Virus record (IMG/VR): IMGVR_UViG_3300042507_001934
Coordinates: 1-54,607 of that record
Direction: 5' to 3' (one strand)
Source of the DNA: a virus
Lineage: Duplodnaviria > Caudoviricetes
DNA: 54,607 bases
The notes beneath the pieces were generated by a model that saw only the letters and a program-made list of their open reading frames with translations, did no database searches and was not told the DNA's origin. Shown one piece after another: positions 37,851-50,000 of the stretch. The stretch's first letter is position 1; every line of letters starts with the position of its first letter. Made by a program: the position numbers and the translations under genes.

Positions 37851-39463
37851 ACATCCACGATTTGATGGCAACAGTTGAGTGGTCGCAACCCATTCAACTC
37901 AATACTAAACGAGGAGTCCGACTCCTCAAAAAAGCTCCTATCGAACAGGCTTTTTGGAAAGTCTACGGAGAGGACAAGGAACTTTTCAAAAAGCAAATGG
38001 GTGACGCTGGCATCCAGCTTGGAAAGTTCCGCGATGAGTGGCAGTTGACTTGGTGGTCAGACGATCAGCTTAAATTTAAGCAGATTATCGTAACCGATAC
38101 TCAACAAGAAGCGGTTCAAGAGTTAGAACTAATCCCTCTACTTCACCCCGAAGGCTTGTTAGAGTATCAGTTGACCAGCGTCCAGATGGGCGTTGCCTCC
38201 ATGAATAAGTATAATCGCGCCCTACTCGGCCATTCCACTGGTGTTGGTAAAACATTCTGTGCTTTAGGAATTGCCAGAGAGCTTGGTAAACGAGTTGCGG
38301 TTATCTGTCCCAAACCCATTACAACCGACTGGCATAGGGCCGCGAAGATGATGGGCGTTGAGGTATTTGAGATTTGCGGATGGGAATGGACTAAAACTGG
38401 AAAGAGCCAGATGGGTAGATGGACAGATGAGAAGAAGAAAGAGTTTCGCTTCATGCTGCCGCCCGATGTTATGTTGATTTTCGATGAGGTTCACAGAGGC
38501 AAAGGCGAGGCAACGCAAAACGCCTATCTGGTCAGAGATTCAGTAGTTCAGAACATCCCTGCTATTGCTCTATCTGCTACCATTGCAGACGATCCAACAA
38601 AGCTATGGGCGTTAGGTCAGTTCCTCGGCCTGCACCAAGGCGGGAAAGACTATTTCCGATTCCTCAGTCAGAACGGATGCAGGAAGACCCGATTTGGGAT
38701 GCAGTTCACTGGAGGGCATTCTGTCTTGAAGAAGTTGCACTCTCGCATCTATCCAGAGCGAGGCAATCGCCTTCGACACTCTGACCTCGGTGACGCATTC
38801 CCTGAGACTCTGATTAAGGCCAAGGCATTTGATATGGACAACGCCAAGAAGATTGCAGGCGAATACGATGACCTCTGCAACCGAATCGAGGAGTTGCGCG
38901 GTCTTGAAAACTTCTCAGCCAATGTGCTGGCAGAACAAACCCGTGCAAGACAACGGATCGAACTCCACAAAGCCCCGGCTGTTTGCGCTATGGTGAGAGA
39001 TATGATCGAAGAAGGTAACTCCGTATTCGTTGCGGTGAACTACTCGGAGACACGCAAGTTCATTCTGGATGAGCTAAAGACTAACTGCTCAATCCATGGA
39101 GGACAGAATGAGATGGAAAGGCGAGGTAACATTGATGCCTTCCAGCGCGATGACTCACGGGTTATCGTTGGCATCATACAAGCTTGCAGGGAAGGTCTAA
39201 ACCTTCACGATCTCAACGGCAACCATCCGCGAGTTGCGCTAATCATGCCTTCACCTTCGGTCTTCGATCTTAAACAGGTCTTAGGCCGAGTCCATAGGTC
39301 GGGCGGTAAGTCAAAGTCCCTGCAATACATCGTGTATGCCGCTGGCGTAGGGATTGAAGAGTCTATCTGCGAGAAGTTAGATACCAAACTGAAGAGGCTT
39401 GATGTCTTAGCGGATGGGGAAGTCGATCCAACAATCTCACTCGCTCCAAAAGAAGTAGCCTAA
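37847..39463 (+). CDS. SF2 (SNF2-like) helicase
   Basis: TGVGKT, IFDEVH, LSAT, EGLNL, QVLGRVHR. Confidence 0.88.
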   Translation: MNIHDLMATVEWSQPIQLNTKRGVRLLKKAPIEQAFWKVYGEDKELFKKQMGDAGIQLGKFRDEWQLTWWSDDQLKFKQIIVTDTQQEAVQELELIPLLHPEGLLEYQLTSVQMGVASMNKYNRALLGHSTGVGKTFCALGIARELGKRVAVICPKPITTDWHRAAKMMGVEVFEICGWEWTKTGKSQMGRWTDEKKKEFRFMLPPDVMLIFDEVHRGKGEATQNAYLVRDSVVQNIPAIALSATIADDPTKLWALGQFLGLHQGGKDYFRFLSQNGCRKTRFGMQFTGGHSVLKKLHSRIYPERGNRLRHSDLGDAFPETLIKAKAFDMDNAKKIAGEYDDLCNRIEELRGLENFSANVLAEQTRARQRIELHKAPAVCAMVRDMIEEGNSVFVAVNYSETRKFILDELKTNCSIHGGQNEMERRGNIDAFQRDDSRVIVGIIQACREGLNLHDLNGNHPRVALIMPSPSVFDLKQVLGRVHRSGGKSKSLQYIVYAAGVGIEESICEKLDTKLKRLDVLADGEVDPTISLAPKEVA

Positions 39464-39466
39464 TCT

Positions 39467-39513
39467 AAAAAGCAAGAAGCCCACCAAGGAGAAATCCAAG
39501 GTGGGCTTTTTTG
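39467..39513. terminator. Bidirectional intrinsic terminator
   Basis: aagcccacc...ggtgggctt stem flanked by A-rich and T6 tracts between convergent genes. Confidence 0.8.
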
Positions 39514-39525
39514 TTGTCTTAATGG

Positions 39526-39807
39526 TTAGCTGATAATCCGAGAAGGCTCTTCTTTCTCCTCTTCCTTATCAAATCGCTTGCGGAACTGAGCATTCTGATA
39601 ATACATGAATGCCAATTCCAGATACTTGATGCACTCAAACCCTTCACCCTTACGGGATTCTGATTTGATAACCATCATGCTTGCTGTATGCAACAGGCTT
39701 GCCATTGCATGGACTCGTTCGTTTAGTGTCTCGTCGGCTGACTTAATGAAGGTAAACGCTTCAAGGATAGCTTTCGAGGTTTCGTTTTGTGGTGTTTGTT
39801 CTGACAT
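39526..39807 (-). CDS. Hypothetical protein
   Basis: 93 aa ORF. Confidence 0.65.
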   Translation of the reverse strand: MSEQTPQNETSKAILEAFTFIKSADETLNERVHAMASLLHTASMMVIKSESRKGEGFECIKYLELAFMYYQNAQFRKRFDKEEEKEEPSRIIS

Positions 39808-39810
39808 AAA

Positions 39811-40311
39811 TTATTTTGTTTCTACATTTCTATCTAATAGGTCATCGCCTGAGTTGTAAAAGACTTCGCAAAACGAAATCCATGTCCAACCCTTCCAAGT
39901 TCCACTCACTCGCTTTCGAGTATCTGAAGGTCGAAGCCCTTGAATTCCACGATGCGCTTTGACTGGAATATCATCTGCATCAAATAAGTGTGAGTGTGTG
40001 CGAATGAACTCAGACAAATTTAAGAAATGATATTCTACATTTGAAGGACTTCGGAGATGCCACTTTCGTCCAGCATGATGCTTTAAACCAGCCTTACATT
40101 TCTCACTCTGCATCATTACTTCAATCATTTTTTTTGTAGCCGATTTGCAAGCGGAACTTTTTTTACGAGCATCAAGATTTCGTTTTTTACTCTCTGGACT
40201 TTTCCAAATCTCGACAATTTTTTGTCTGGATTCTTTCCATTTTTCGGAAGCCAGTCTTGCGGTTAAGGCTTTCTTTTGTATTTCAGGCGTGTGGAACCAT
40301 GTTGGTTTCAT
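39811..40311 (-). CDS. Basic protein resembling homing-endonuclease-associated DNA-binding modules
   Basis: NUMOD3-like HTPEIQKK / WKSPESKKR repeats; WHLRSP...FLNLSEFIR...WKGW; no clear nuclease motif. Confidence 0.45.
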   Translation of the reverse strand: MKPTWFHTPEIQKKALTARLASEKWKESRQKIVEIWKSPESKKRNLDARKKSSACKSATKKMIEVMMQSEKCKAGLKHHAGRKWHLRSPSNVEYHFLNLSEFIRTHSHLFDADDIPVKAHRGIQGLRPSDTRKRVSGTWKGWTWISFCEVFYNSGDDLLDRNVETK

Positions 40312-41297
40312 TATTGCTCCTTCAAGAATCTCTGCCATTCGTTCTCTGCTGGATCGAACCATGACTTGTCGGACAGGTCGATTAAGAGTTGGTGTTCTTC
40401 TACTTCTTGCGGCATGGAGCGGAGGACTTCCGAGTTAGAGAAGTTGCCCATGTTGAGGAGCAGGAAACGATGACCAGATGGTTTGTCGTCTTTACCTTGC
40501 TCGCTACGCACTCGGTTCCTAACCTCAGTTGAGGATAGCTTCTCGGTCTTCGCGGCTTGAAGAAGCTCCTGCTGTTTCTTGGTGCTGTCATCTCCGAAGT
40601 TTGCGTTGCCAATCTCACGATAGACTGTGAATGGAAGGGCAGGGTCACGCTTGTCAGCAGGGAAAGCACGGCAGGCACGGGCATAACCAGAAACAGTCGG
40701 ATAACTTTTCTTGAATTGGGAGCAGAGTTGATTGACTACATCCTCATGCCCTGCATTCTCCAAGGCTACTACTGAGTCGCCAATGATCCATTGCGCCCCG
40801 CTTTCGAGAGTCAAACCGAAGGCGAATGCTGCCACCCAGTCCTTCATATCTACTTCACCTTTAGGAACGCACTGAGTCATTCCCGATCCGATGTCGAACT
40901 TCTGTGTGAATGAGGAGAGTTCCAATCCGTTCTTCACGCTCTCCACGAGGGCGAGCGATTCGTTGACTGGTTCTTCGATAGGTTCATCTTCGGTCAGTTC
41001 AACCTCAACTTCTTCCACTACGGGATTAGCCAAGCGTTCTTCTGCCATTTCCTCGGCCATGTCCAAGTCTGCTGACATTTTCTCAAACATCTCTAGCATT
41101 TCATCTGGTGCATCGTCTTCAAGGTATTCGTTCTTCGTTACCTTCGACCATGCCTTCTTGATGTGGGTTTCGGTGATGTTGATACCCGGCCATTCGGTCT
41201 TAACATACTCGGCCATTTGAGTTAGGTATTTTGACAGAGGGACAATGATTCCCTCTTGAGTTGGGCTGAACAATTCTAATTCTGGTTTCTTTTTCAT
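40311..41297 (-). CDS. Putative DNA-binding protein
   Basis: AQWIIGD...KKSYPTVSGYARACRAF...LPFTVYREI helical HTH-like region; acidic N-terminus. Confidence 0.55.
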   Translation of the reverse strand: MKKKPELELFSPTQEGIIVPLSKYLTQMAEYVKTEWPGINITETHIKKAWSKVTKNEYLEDDAPDEMLEMFEKMSADLDMAEEMAEERLANPVVEEVEVELTEDEPIEEPVNESLALVESVKNGLELSSFTQKFDIGSGMTQCVPKGEVDMKDWVAAFAFGLTLESGAQWIIGDSVVALENAGHEDVVNQLCSQFKKSYPTVSGYARACRAFPADKRDPALPFTVYREIGNANFGDDSTKKQQELLQAAKTEKLSSTEVRNRVRSEQGKDDKPSGHRFLLLNMGNFSNSEVLRSMPQEVEEHQLLIDLSDKSWFDPAENEWQRFLKEQ

Positions 41298-41336
41298 TTT
41301 GGTGTTATTAGGTTGGGTGTTCTGGGAGGAACAGAA

Positions 41337-42158
41337 TCAATATGGAATCTCGTCTGCTTCCTCTTCAACAGGGGCATCGAGGTTGAGGTCTATTGCGGCT
41401 TGCTCTACGCACTTAGCGAAGGGAGTTGTAAATCCTTTCTCCAAGTAAAACTGGTAGAGTTTAGTGAGTGCAGGCTTGCCGATTGCACCGAGTTTTTTAT
41501 CCTTGTGCGATCCGCTTGGGACGATAGCAGATGCCCAGTCAGCGGGGTCGAGTTCTGCTTTTGGTTCCTCCACTTTAGGTTCTGACTTTGGTTCTGACTT
41601 GGAGATGGAGATTCCTTTCCGATTAGCTTCGATGAAGACCGACGAGACATACGCCCGAAGAGTCTCCTCATCTGTTACCTTTCCAAGGTATGCCATACGG
41701 ACAAGGCTATCAATGTAGAGGTGAGTCTCCACGATGCGATCAAGTTCCTGTTCGGGATTATCGGTTACGATACTCTTGGGTGTTGATGCAACACGGACAG
41801 GTTCTTCACTCACGCCATCGTATTCCAACTTCGCCGAAGCTGAAACCTTGATGACTTGGTTGTGAATCTGCTGACCTTCTTTGTTCTTGTAGGACTCCTC
41901 TTCAAAGGTAACTCCGTTCAGACCATGCTTGCCGCGAGTCGAGGACAAGGTGACTGTCCTACCCTTCGCAGATTCTGGTTGTGTATTCTTCCAGAAGGCG
42001 AGTTTGTATGTTTTCCCATCCACTTCAATCTCACCATTCTGGATGGTGTATGGGCCGTAGTTACCTTCGTGTTGCTTCTCTGGAAAGAGTTTAGTGATCT
42101 TCCCTGTTACTTTCTTGATGATGTCTTTAGGCTCGATGCCTTCTAATTGGTTACTCAT
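41337..42158 (-). CDS. Probable single-stranded DNA-binding protein
   Basis: OB-fold-like beta N-terminus; acidic C-tail EEEADEIPY; next to the exonuclease. Confidence 0.6.
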   Translation of the reverse strand: MSNQLEGIEPKDIIKKVTGKITKLFPEKQHEGNYGPYTIQNGEIEVDGKTYKLAFWKNTQPESAKGRTVTLSSTRGKHGLNGVTFEEESYKNKEGQQIHNQVIKVSASAKLEYDGVSEEPVRVASTPKSIVTDNPEQELDRIVETHLYIDSLVRMAYLGKVTDEETLRAYVSSVFIEANRKGISISKSEPKSEPKVEEPKAELDPADWASAIVPSGSHKDKKLGAIGKPALTKLYQFYLEKGFTTPFAKCVEQAAIDLNLDAPVEEEADEIPY

Positions 42159-42265
42159 TTTAATATTAATGTCATTGTTGCGGATAATGCTCCACAAATT
42201 ATACCTGCTGTGAATCCTAATATAATACCTATTAAGGCAAATTTGGTTGTAGGATTAATTCTCAT
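42155..42265 (-). CDS. Small membrane peptide, 36 aa (not in ORF track)
   Basis: MRINPTTKFALIGIILGFTAGIICGALSATMTLILK; overlaps both neighbours. Confidence 0.5.
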   Translation of the reverse strand: MRINPTTKFALIGIILGFTAGIICGALSATMTLILK

Positions 42266-42498
42266 TACCGGTTGTCAATATTTACTTCCAGTTCTTTGAT
42301 TTCTTTAGTTGCTTTGTCGTAGATATAATAGAAGTCCGCTAACCCACCGAGGGAAATTCGGATTTCCCATCGACTGATTGGATCAACTGTTTCGTCTATG
42401 CTTGCTGGAGGTTGGTTTGCCATCCAATCTAATGCTTCTTGCTTGTTCTCTTCTGGCAGCATCGTCAGTCTTTCAATAGGTGGTAGTCTCTTACTCAT
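42265..42498 (-). CDS. Hypothetical protein
   Basis: 77 aa, coupled. Confidence 0.6.
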   Translation of the reverse strand: MSKRLPPIERLTMLPEENKQEALDWMANQPPASIDETVDPISRWEIRISLGGLADFYYIYDKATKEIKELEVNIDNR

Positions 42499-42697
42499 TT
42501 GGTTTGTTTGCTAATTGTTTGTGGATGGACGCTGCCATCATTGTTATGTCGTGTTCTGGTTCGTTTGCAATTATTGCGCTGGCTAACTCGTTTGCTCTAT
42601 GCCGCCAGATTAGTGTCTCGCGGATGTAGTGCTTGAGCATATCAAGAGACTCATCGAGTCCCTCAACATTTTTACTCAGCAGTTCCTTTATTTCCAT
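42491..42697 (-). CDS. Hypothetical protein
   Basis: 68 aa, coupled. Confidence 0.6.
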   Translation of the reverse strand: MEIKELLSKNVEGLDESLDMLKHYIRETLIWRHRANELASAIIANEPEHDITMMAASIHKQLANKPNE

Positions 42698-43550
42698 AGG
42701 TTGCTTTGTAGTAGTGACAGAAGGGTGCTACTGAGCAATAACGCTCGCATCGCATATCCCCGCCATTTCGTTTTTCGATTGAGTGTTTCGCGCCATAGGT
42801 AGGAAGGAGTTGTTGTGCTTCCTCAAATGTTTCGCACACTTTTGCTGCTCGTTTGTTTCCGTCCTTCTTGATGGCAAAGGTATCTGGTTTAGCCCAGCGT
42901 TCCTTTGGATCACAGCATGGAATGGTATCGTCTGGCATTTCAGCCGCCGCTTGGTGGAGTTTGATCCGTTCCGTAGCGTAGGCTATGCACTCTTCGTTAT
43001 CCCAAAGAGGTATGTCTACAATGTGGACTGCACACTGAGGATACTCTTTGTCAAACTCAGCCTTGCTTGCCTGCCAATCACGAAGGATAGCGACGATCTG
43101 GAGTTTCTTTGGGGAGTAGCCATACTCTCTCCAAAGTAGGGCGTTGCAGTTGAGTTGGGCTACCCACTCAGATTTTTGTCCGAGAAGAAATGAGAAGACT
43201 GAAGTTACTTTGAAGTCAGAAAGGATTCCTTTCTCCACTTCGTAGAGGTCAGTCTGTCCGGTCAGCGTCCATCCATTGATCTCTTTGTATAGACGCTTCT
43301 CAGTCATCTCATCCTCGCCTCCAGCCAGCTCAAGAACTTTATGCACTGACTGACCAAGTAATGCCCACACCCTATCGGATGCGTCTTCTACGATCTGGTC
43401 AGAGTAGCGTTTCTTAAGTTGGTTGATTTTAGGTGGCCCGATCAAGGTAGTTACTGAGATGTCTGCCTTCTTTGTTCCTGCCATATACCCATCATGGGAA
43501 AGAGCGCGAAACATAGGGGCGGGTAGCCCGAAGTTATTCGTGATCGTCAT
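42672..43550 (-). CDS. PD-(D/E)XK exonuclease (Cas4/RecB-like)
   Basis: GQSVHKVLE...E...GQTD...DFKVT...QLNCN; C-terminal RCERYCSVAPFC. Confidence 0.8.
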   Translation of the reverse strand: MTITNNFGLPAPMFRALSHDGYMAGTKKADISVTTLIGPPKINQLKKRYSDQIVEDASDRVWALLGQSVHKVLELAGGEDEMTEKRLYKEINGWTLTGQTDLYEVEKGILSDFKVTSVFSFLLGQKSEWVAQLNCNALLWREYGYSPKKLQIVAILRDWQASKAEFDKEYPQCAVHIVDIPLWDNEECIAYATERIKLHQAAAEMPDDTIPCCDPKERWAKPDTFAIKKDGNKRAAKVCETFEEAQQLLPTYGAKHSIEKRNGGDMRCERYCSVAPFCHYYKATYGNKGTAE

Positions 43551-43595
43551 TGTCTGGTTCGTCAGAGGGTCGGCGAGTGCGATAGATGTCGTCCA

Positions 43596-43805
43596 TTACT
43601 CGTAGCACTTGGCAAGGATTTCAGCTACACCTTTGAGGTGGTCGCCCTGCTTGACTACTGCCTGTGCATTGGGAAGATTTCCCAAGAGGAATCGTCCGTC
43701 TGCTGCTGCCGATGATACCAAGCGGAGGTAAATCTCGCGTTGGAAATCTGAGTTCACTGCTGGTTTTTCTGCTACTTCTTTTTTTACTGTTGGTGTATCT
43801 TTCAT
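43596..43805 (-). CDS. Hypothetical protein
   Basis: Likely start MKDTPTV. Confidence 0.6.
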   Translation of the reverse strand: MKDTPTVKKEVAEKPAVNSDFQREIYLRLVSSAAADGRFLLGNLPNAQAVVKQGDHLKGVAEILAKCYE

Positions 43806-43844
43806 TAGGTTTTTATGGACGGAGGTTGTGCCGTTCACAAGGCA

Positions 43845-43872
43845 AATCTACACCCTCCGATTATCGTGTCAA
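43845..43872 (-). promoter_or_regulatory. Sigma70-type promoter
   Basis: TTGACA N16 TAGATT on the minus strand. Confidence 0.6.
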
Positions 43873-43917
43873 TAGATTTTTAATACTTTTTAGAAAATAT
43901 TTTTATCGGTTCCGATA

Positions 43918-43952
43918 ACAGAAAACGCACCCCGAATTTCTCCGAGGTGCGT
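43918..43952 (-). terminator. Intrinsic terminator after the giant gene
   Basis: acgcacc...ggtgcgt stem followed by tttctgtt on the minus strand. Confidence 0.6.
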
Positions 43953-43998
43953 CCCCTAATGAATAACATGAAACAAACCCAATGCAGTTTGCAGAACC

Positions 43999-44026
43999 AA
44001 TCTACATCAGCCTCTGCGGGTGTCAA
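43999..44026 (-). promoter_or_regulatory. Second promoter with identical hexamers
   Basis: TTGACA N16 TAGATT on the minus strand. Confidence 0.55.
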
Positions 44027-47000
44027 GGTTTTTTTGTAGCTACCCTAACCTTGTTCTCCGCGATGTCCCTTGCACGATTACCGATTCGCTCAACAACCTT
44101 GCTGTAAGCCTCCGGTTTCATCGCAGAAAGTTTCTCGTAATTCTTCTTCATGGACTTCGTGAGAACCGCGCCATATTCTTTCACGAACATCTCGTATTCT
44201 TTGTTGGTCGGGTCTCTGTCGAGCCTTTGTGCAAGCTGATTCCGGGTCGGAATGCTTGGCCCACCACCCTTACTCAAGACTAACTCATGGAGCATGATTG
44301 ATTCTCTGTCAGTCGGGATGTCATAGACAATCGGAACTCCGAGCTTAAACATTTTGCTTGCGAAGTCAGTTGAAAGCGCAGGTTCACCAAAAGCATTCAA
44401 AGATTTCGGTGCTACGGCAGGCCCGATGAATGGGATGTTTGACCATACCGCACCATCCAGAGTGCGTCTATCAATCGGGTCGTTGATGAAGTTTGAAATG
44501 TTACTTGCAAGGCTTGTTCCCAATACTGGAATCAGAGTCTTTGCGGGGAAGGTCAACCCTTTGGCAACGCCCTCTACACCGATGTCTCCGTATGTTCCGA
44601 AGAGTGATTTTGTAGTGAAAGCATATGGCCCGCGACGAAGTGCTGCGTCGAATACAAACCCAGCTACAATGCTCGCGTCTTCCAATTGAGTTCCAGTCTT
44701 TGCATCTCGCTTTTGTTTCTTGCGAATCTCCAAATCATCCAACGCACCAAGCGTCATGGCGGGCCAAGTAAATGCCTCAAATCCTCTCATCATGTTCAAG
44801 TCAAATTTAGACTTCCCGAAATACACGCTCATGGTGTTTGGCTTGTTGCCTGCTTTATACCAAGAGTCGTAGAACTGAGGATCGTCGCTTCTCTTCGGGC
44901 CGTTACCAGTAAATACTATCTTGAACTCATCTTCCTCTGGCTCGTCGGTTGAACCAGCGCGGAGGGACGCAAGAGCGATCAATGCTACAGTGCCAGCAAT
45001 GGCTTCGTTTAGCCTTTGGCTATACTGAACATCAGTTCCGAGTGACTGAGCGTAAGGAGATGTTTTATTCATCTTTTTTGCCAACCAATCATATCCAAAG
45101 CGCACGAATCCGTATGGCGAGAACCAAGCTGTTTCACGAATCACGCGAGCAGGGACGATGGCATATCCATAGATTATTCGGCTGAACAATTTCAAAATCT
45201 GGCTTTCAGTTTGATTGGACGCGCTTGCCATTGACTCCAGCAACCACAAGGCAGGCATCGAAGCAACGCCAGCGTCTTTCAACTTGGTTGACTCGTCTTT
45301 CAAAGAGTCAAGTGACTGCCTATTCCTACCAACTGAGGACAACGCATCGTTGATCGCGGCATCCATTGCTTGCTTAATATCACTCTTCTCTACCCCCGCT
45401 TTAGTCAGAGCATTATTCCATGAAGAAATGTAGAACTCATCCGCGAGAATGCTTGCTTTGTTTTTATCGGTTCCGATAGCGATTTGCTCAAGGTAGAAAT
45501 CATTCTTAGCTTTCATCATCACCGCAAACATTTCGTTGCCTTCTTTGGTAGACATCCCTTGCCGTTTCATTACCGCCATCGAATACTTGCTGATGTTCTG
45601 ATTTTGAAGTGAGGCAATCGCTCCGTAATCGAGAGCATTCAACATACGACGAACATAGTCCATCATACCAACCATCATGTTCTTTACTCCGTCTGCTCGT
45701 TCTTTTGGGTTCTTACTCTTCGTGAATTGATCAACGCCCTTGCGATAAAGTCGAAGGAGATTGTCATCGTTCACAATGTAATCCACATTGGAATAGACTG
45801 TGACATTGTTTTTGAAAGAGAAGGCTACTGTATTCGCCCATGACTTGATTGAATCTACAAGGGCAGTAGCTGCATTAGTAATAGCCTTCGGATTACCTTT
45901 GAGTGTTCCTGATCCAATCTCAACGATAGCATTTCGCATAGCAAATGCGATTGGTGAGAATGCGTTCACAGTTAAGGTAGGAATACCGCTCAATGCTTGA
46001 GCATCGTAGTATTGCCCGATGACATCTCTTGCGCGGATGGGTAGCTTGGCTTTAGAAATTACATCTTGGATTGCTTTGTGCGCTTCAGCTTTTGTTGCAT
46101 CAGCCGACTCTGGATTAGAGAGGATAGCGTCATTCTTGAGTAGGACTTTGTATTGCTCTGGAGTAAACCCAGTCCATCCATTCAATGCCGCCATGTCACT
46201 CAATACATTCCTTGCTGGGTCTAATGCGCCAGCGCGGAGGGCTTGCAATACCTTTTGGAAGGCGCGGCGGCTTCTTGTATCTCCAGCTTTCCAAGGTGCA
46301 GTCTTACTGATAGCATCTGTGAATGCCTGCTCCTGCGCCATTGTGAAGCGTTTCTGGAGCGAGATGTCCATCAACTTCGCAATCCTTTCAGACTGGGCGA
46401 CATTTAATCCTGCCCTGCGGAGGTAGTCACGCATGACTTCGTATCTCCAGTTAGGATTCTGTTGCTCTTCCAGCGGAGTATCTTTGATTGCTTTAACAAT
46501 TTCCGAGATTGATCCTTTCTCAATCGCACGATCAATGGATTTGAGTTGGTTGTTTAGAGAGTTGATTTCAATCTGTCTTCCTACCACATCAGCAAGAATG
46601 TCTGCTGCTGTTTCTTCAACACCCAATCCCTTGAGTTCTTTCACAAATGACTTCTTGAAATTAGAAATGATTTCTCCGGATTGCTTCGGATCAAACATCT
46701 TATTCAGATTCAACTTCAAGGCATTTTTTACTGCATCACGGACGGGATTCATTTTCGCCTCGGATGGTAGCTTCACCTCAAATGATGGAGTGTCAGATTG
46801 AATCTTGGCAAGTTTACCTATTTCAGATTTTGCTTGGTTTTGTATTTTCTGCATCTGACTATCAACTTCATTTTGTTGAAGTTCTATCTTTTTTGACATC
46901 GAATTTACTTCGATCTGCCTTCCAACTACACTTGCAAGTATTGATGCAGAAGAATCTTTAACTCCAAGTTTAACAAGTTTTTCAATGAATGCAGGTTTCC

Positions 47001-50000
47001 ATTTTTGAACAAAATCATTTGCTTCACCAGCATCAAGTTTCAACGCATCTCGTATTGCTTTGCGTATTGTTTTTAATACAGATTCAACTTTTTGTTTTGC
47101 TGGTTTAGCTTCTACAAACCAAGAAATTGTGTCTGATTGAATTTTCGCAAATTCATCAATCTGTTTTTGCGCTTCGTTCTCTGCTTTCTCTGCTTGCAAA
47201 TCAACACTACCTTTAGCTTCTTTAGCTATCTTCGCTTTAGCTTTTGCCGCCGCTTCTTTAAGCAACCTTTCTTGAATCAATCCTTGAAGTTGGTTCTCTA
47301 AGTTTTCTTTTAAAAGGGTGTAATCAGCAGAACTTGGATAAACAAATTTAATTTTAGAAATCTTTTCAATGATTGCATTTATCAAACCATCTTGCTTGCT
47401 TATTGCATCGTTTGGATTTTCATCCATCATTTTCACAAGTTTGACGATGCTTGTATTTTCTTCTTTTAGTTCATTGAAGATAAGTCGGCGTAAAGTGGAT
47501 TCGCTTATTGGCATATCCAATTGCTGCGCCATTGCTTTATCCCATGCGTTTTCTATGCCATCATACTTAACATTGATAGCATCTTGCTCATCTGAATCCT
47601 CGGTATCATCCAGTTCTTTCTCCCTCTTCCGTTTGATTTCAGCCCTAATATTTTCATCAGCAAGTTTGATCTTGTCTTGTGAAAGTGGTTTCTCCCCAAG
47701 AATACTGGCAACCTGTTCGTAGATAGACATCTTGGTATTGGGTGGAGTCCCCTTTAATCCAAGAGATATAAGCATACTTTTAACGATGCTTCCAAGCTCT
47801 CGGTTTTGTGCTGCATCCAATTCTCCAAGTGAACCGGGTTTGTTTTCTTCGTTAGATAATGTTTTCCAGAATCCAGTTTCCAATCCAGTAGCCGCACCCT
47901 CAACCATCTTTTGACGATAGTTACTCAATCCTTCTTTTAGGATTTTCTTTACACCTTCAAATCGAGAACTCGCTCTTTTACTATATGGTAGGTATTTAGT
48001 TTCAATTGTTCCACCGCCAAGTTTTTGAAGTGCCAACATCGCCGCTACTATCGGGTCTTTAGCAGTAGATGTAGCTTGAGCAATCTCATCTTCAATCTTT
48101 GCTACCAAATCTGTGCCTGTCTTCTTGCCTACTTCATTAAGCTCATCAGTCAATTCTTCAGCAGTTGGTTCTTCAACTTTCTCTACCGCATCGTATCCGA
48201 TCTGGATAGAGTCAACTTGTTCTTTGGTTGGGTTCGGGCCGTAAACGAACTCAGCGGCGTAGTTAATGAAAGCATCCTGCTCGGCTTGCGCCATAGTAAG
48301 GAAGGTATCTTTCATCTCCCTTGCTGCTCGCAATGCCCTACCAGCATCACTTCGGCCTTCCGTTCCTGTTGGCAACCGATTGATGTTGGTCATCATTATG
48401 CCAAGCATCATCTTCTGCCCTTCCGCTGCCAGCCTTACAGCATACTCAAAGAGGTCATTGACGAACAATGCAGCTCCCATGCTTACTTCAGAAGCCGCGC
48501 CAGTATCTTCTACAATCGCAGCAATATCATTGAGTTCATCAGCAAAATCCCTTCTTTCTTGCTTATTGCCAGTCAGCTTTCCAAGCGCACGGAATGCTTC
48601 AATCGTATTCTGTTCGGTTACTTTGGTAGGATCAAATACTCTTTCACGAAGTAATGCCTTGGTTTTAGCTATGATGTTTTTTGGTGTGTCTTTCAACTCA
48701 CCAATCTCTTCGCCCATTATTTTTTTACGGGCTGCTGATGGGGTTTCTGTTACAGGTTCGGTTGGCTTCTCTGGTGTAGGCGTTGGTTGTTCTGGAGCAG
48801 GTTGTGCTGGCTTTTCTACGGATTTAGCTTTTTCCCCTATCTTACCCTTACCAACATTGACCGCACCAGTCTCACCCTTCTTAGGAAGATACCCCATCAG
48901 TTCATTCAACTTCGCTGGCGCACCACTCACCGCTTGCCATACTTCCCCAAGAAATTCTCTGACCGCATCACCGAATCTTTGGATCATCTGTTTAGCCCAA
49001 GCACCAAACTCCATGCCAGCCTCGTAGATGTTCTGTCCTGCTTGGATGAAGTCTTCTTTGGTAGGGATTAGAACGCCGCCTTTTTGTCCGATTTTTGGTT
49101 TGGTTATCGTTTCCGATACTGCGGGGGTGGTTGATATAATTTCTGGAGCAAGATTTGTTGGTATGAATATTTGATTTTGATTCCAATTTGAATCACTCAA
49201 CTTGCTGTAGTCGTCCCAACTTACATTAAGAAGTTTAAGTGATGCCTTATCAAGTTCTGCATTTCTTTGTTCCTTGGTAGCCTTTCCTTGCGGAATGTTT
49301 TTTTGTAAATTCTTTTCTGCAAGGTCGGTTATTTTTTGATATTGATCTTCCCTCCATCCCCTTACAATAATTGCATCGTAATCTTTATTATCAATTCTTT
49401 GTTTAATTGCATCATATCCATATTTTCTCAATGTTTCGGGAGTAATTAGAATAGGATTTTTAGGATTTACTTTTATTTTATTTTTATAATTTCCAAGTTT
49501 ATAAATATAAGACCAATATAATTCATCGCTTGGCTCCATCGCATAGAATCCATTATCAAAAACATTATCAAATGATTCAGATAAATCTGCTTCCTTTTTA
49601 AGCTCCATCGGGGCTTTTGAATAATGCGTTGCTTCAATCCCTTTGTTTTTAATATCAGAAATTTGTTGTTCTTCTGATATATTTTCAAACTGAACTGGCT
49701 GAATAATATTTTTTTCTGGAGCTATTTGCTTAAACAAATTTTCGGCACGCGCTTTTACTTCGCTTGAAATATTTGGTCGTGTAGCAATTTCCCATACGAC
49801 ATATTCTCCTTTTTTATTTTTACTTTTTTCTGGATCAATTTTATCAAGAACACTATTTAATGTTGCATTATCATCTGTAGATTGTGATACAGTAAGTAAA
49901 AACTCATCTGGATACATTGAGTAAAAACTTTTTTCTGGTAGCGATCCTTCAACTGCTGCCTTATATGTTTCTTCCCAATTTTGAGGGGGTGTAAAATCGC

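Noticed and set aside
42672-43550. Cas4-like nuclease as evidence of a CRISPR system
   Set aside because: Standalone phage recombination exonuclease beside an SSB; no other cas genes or array.
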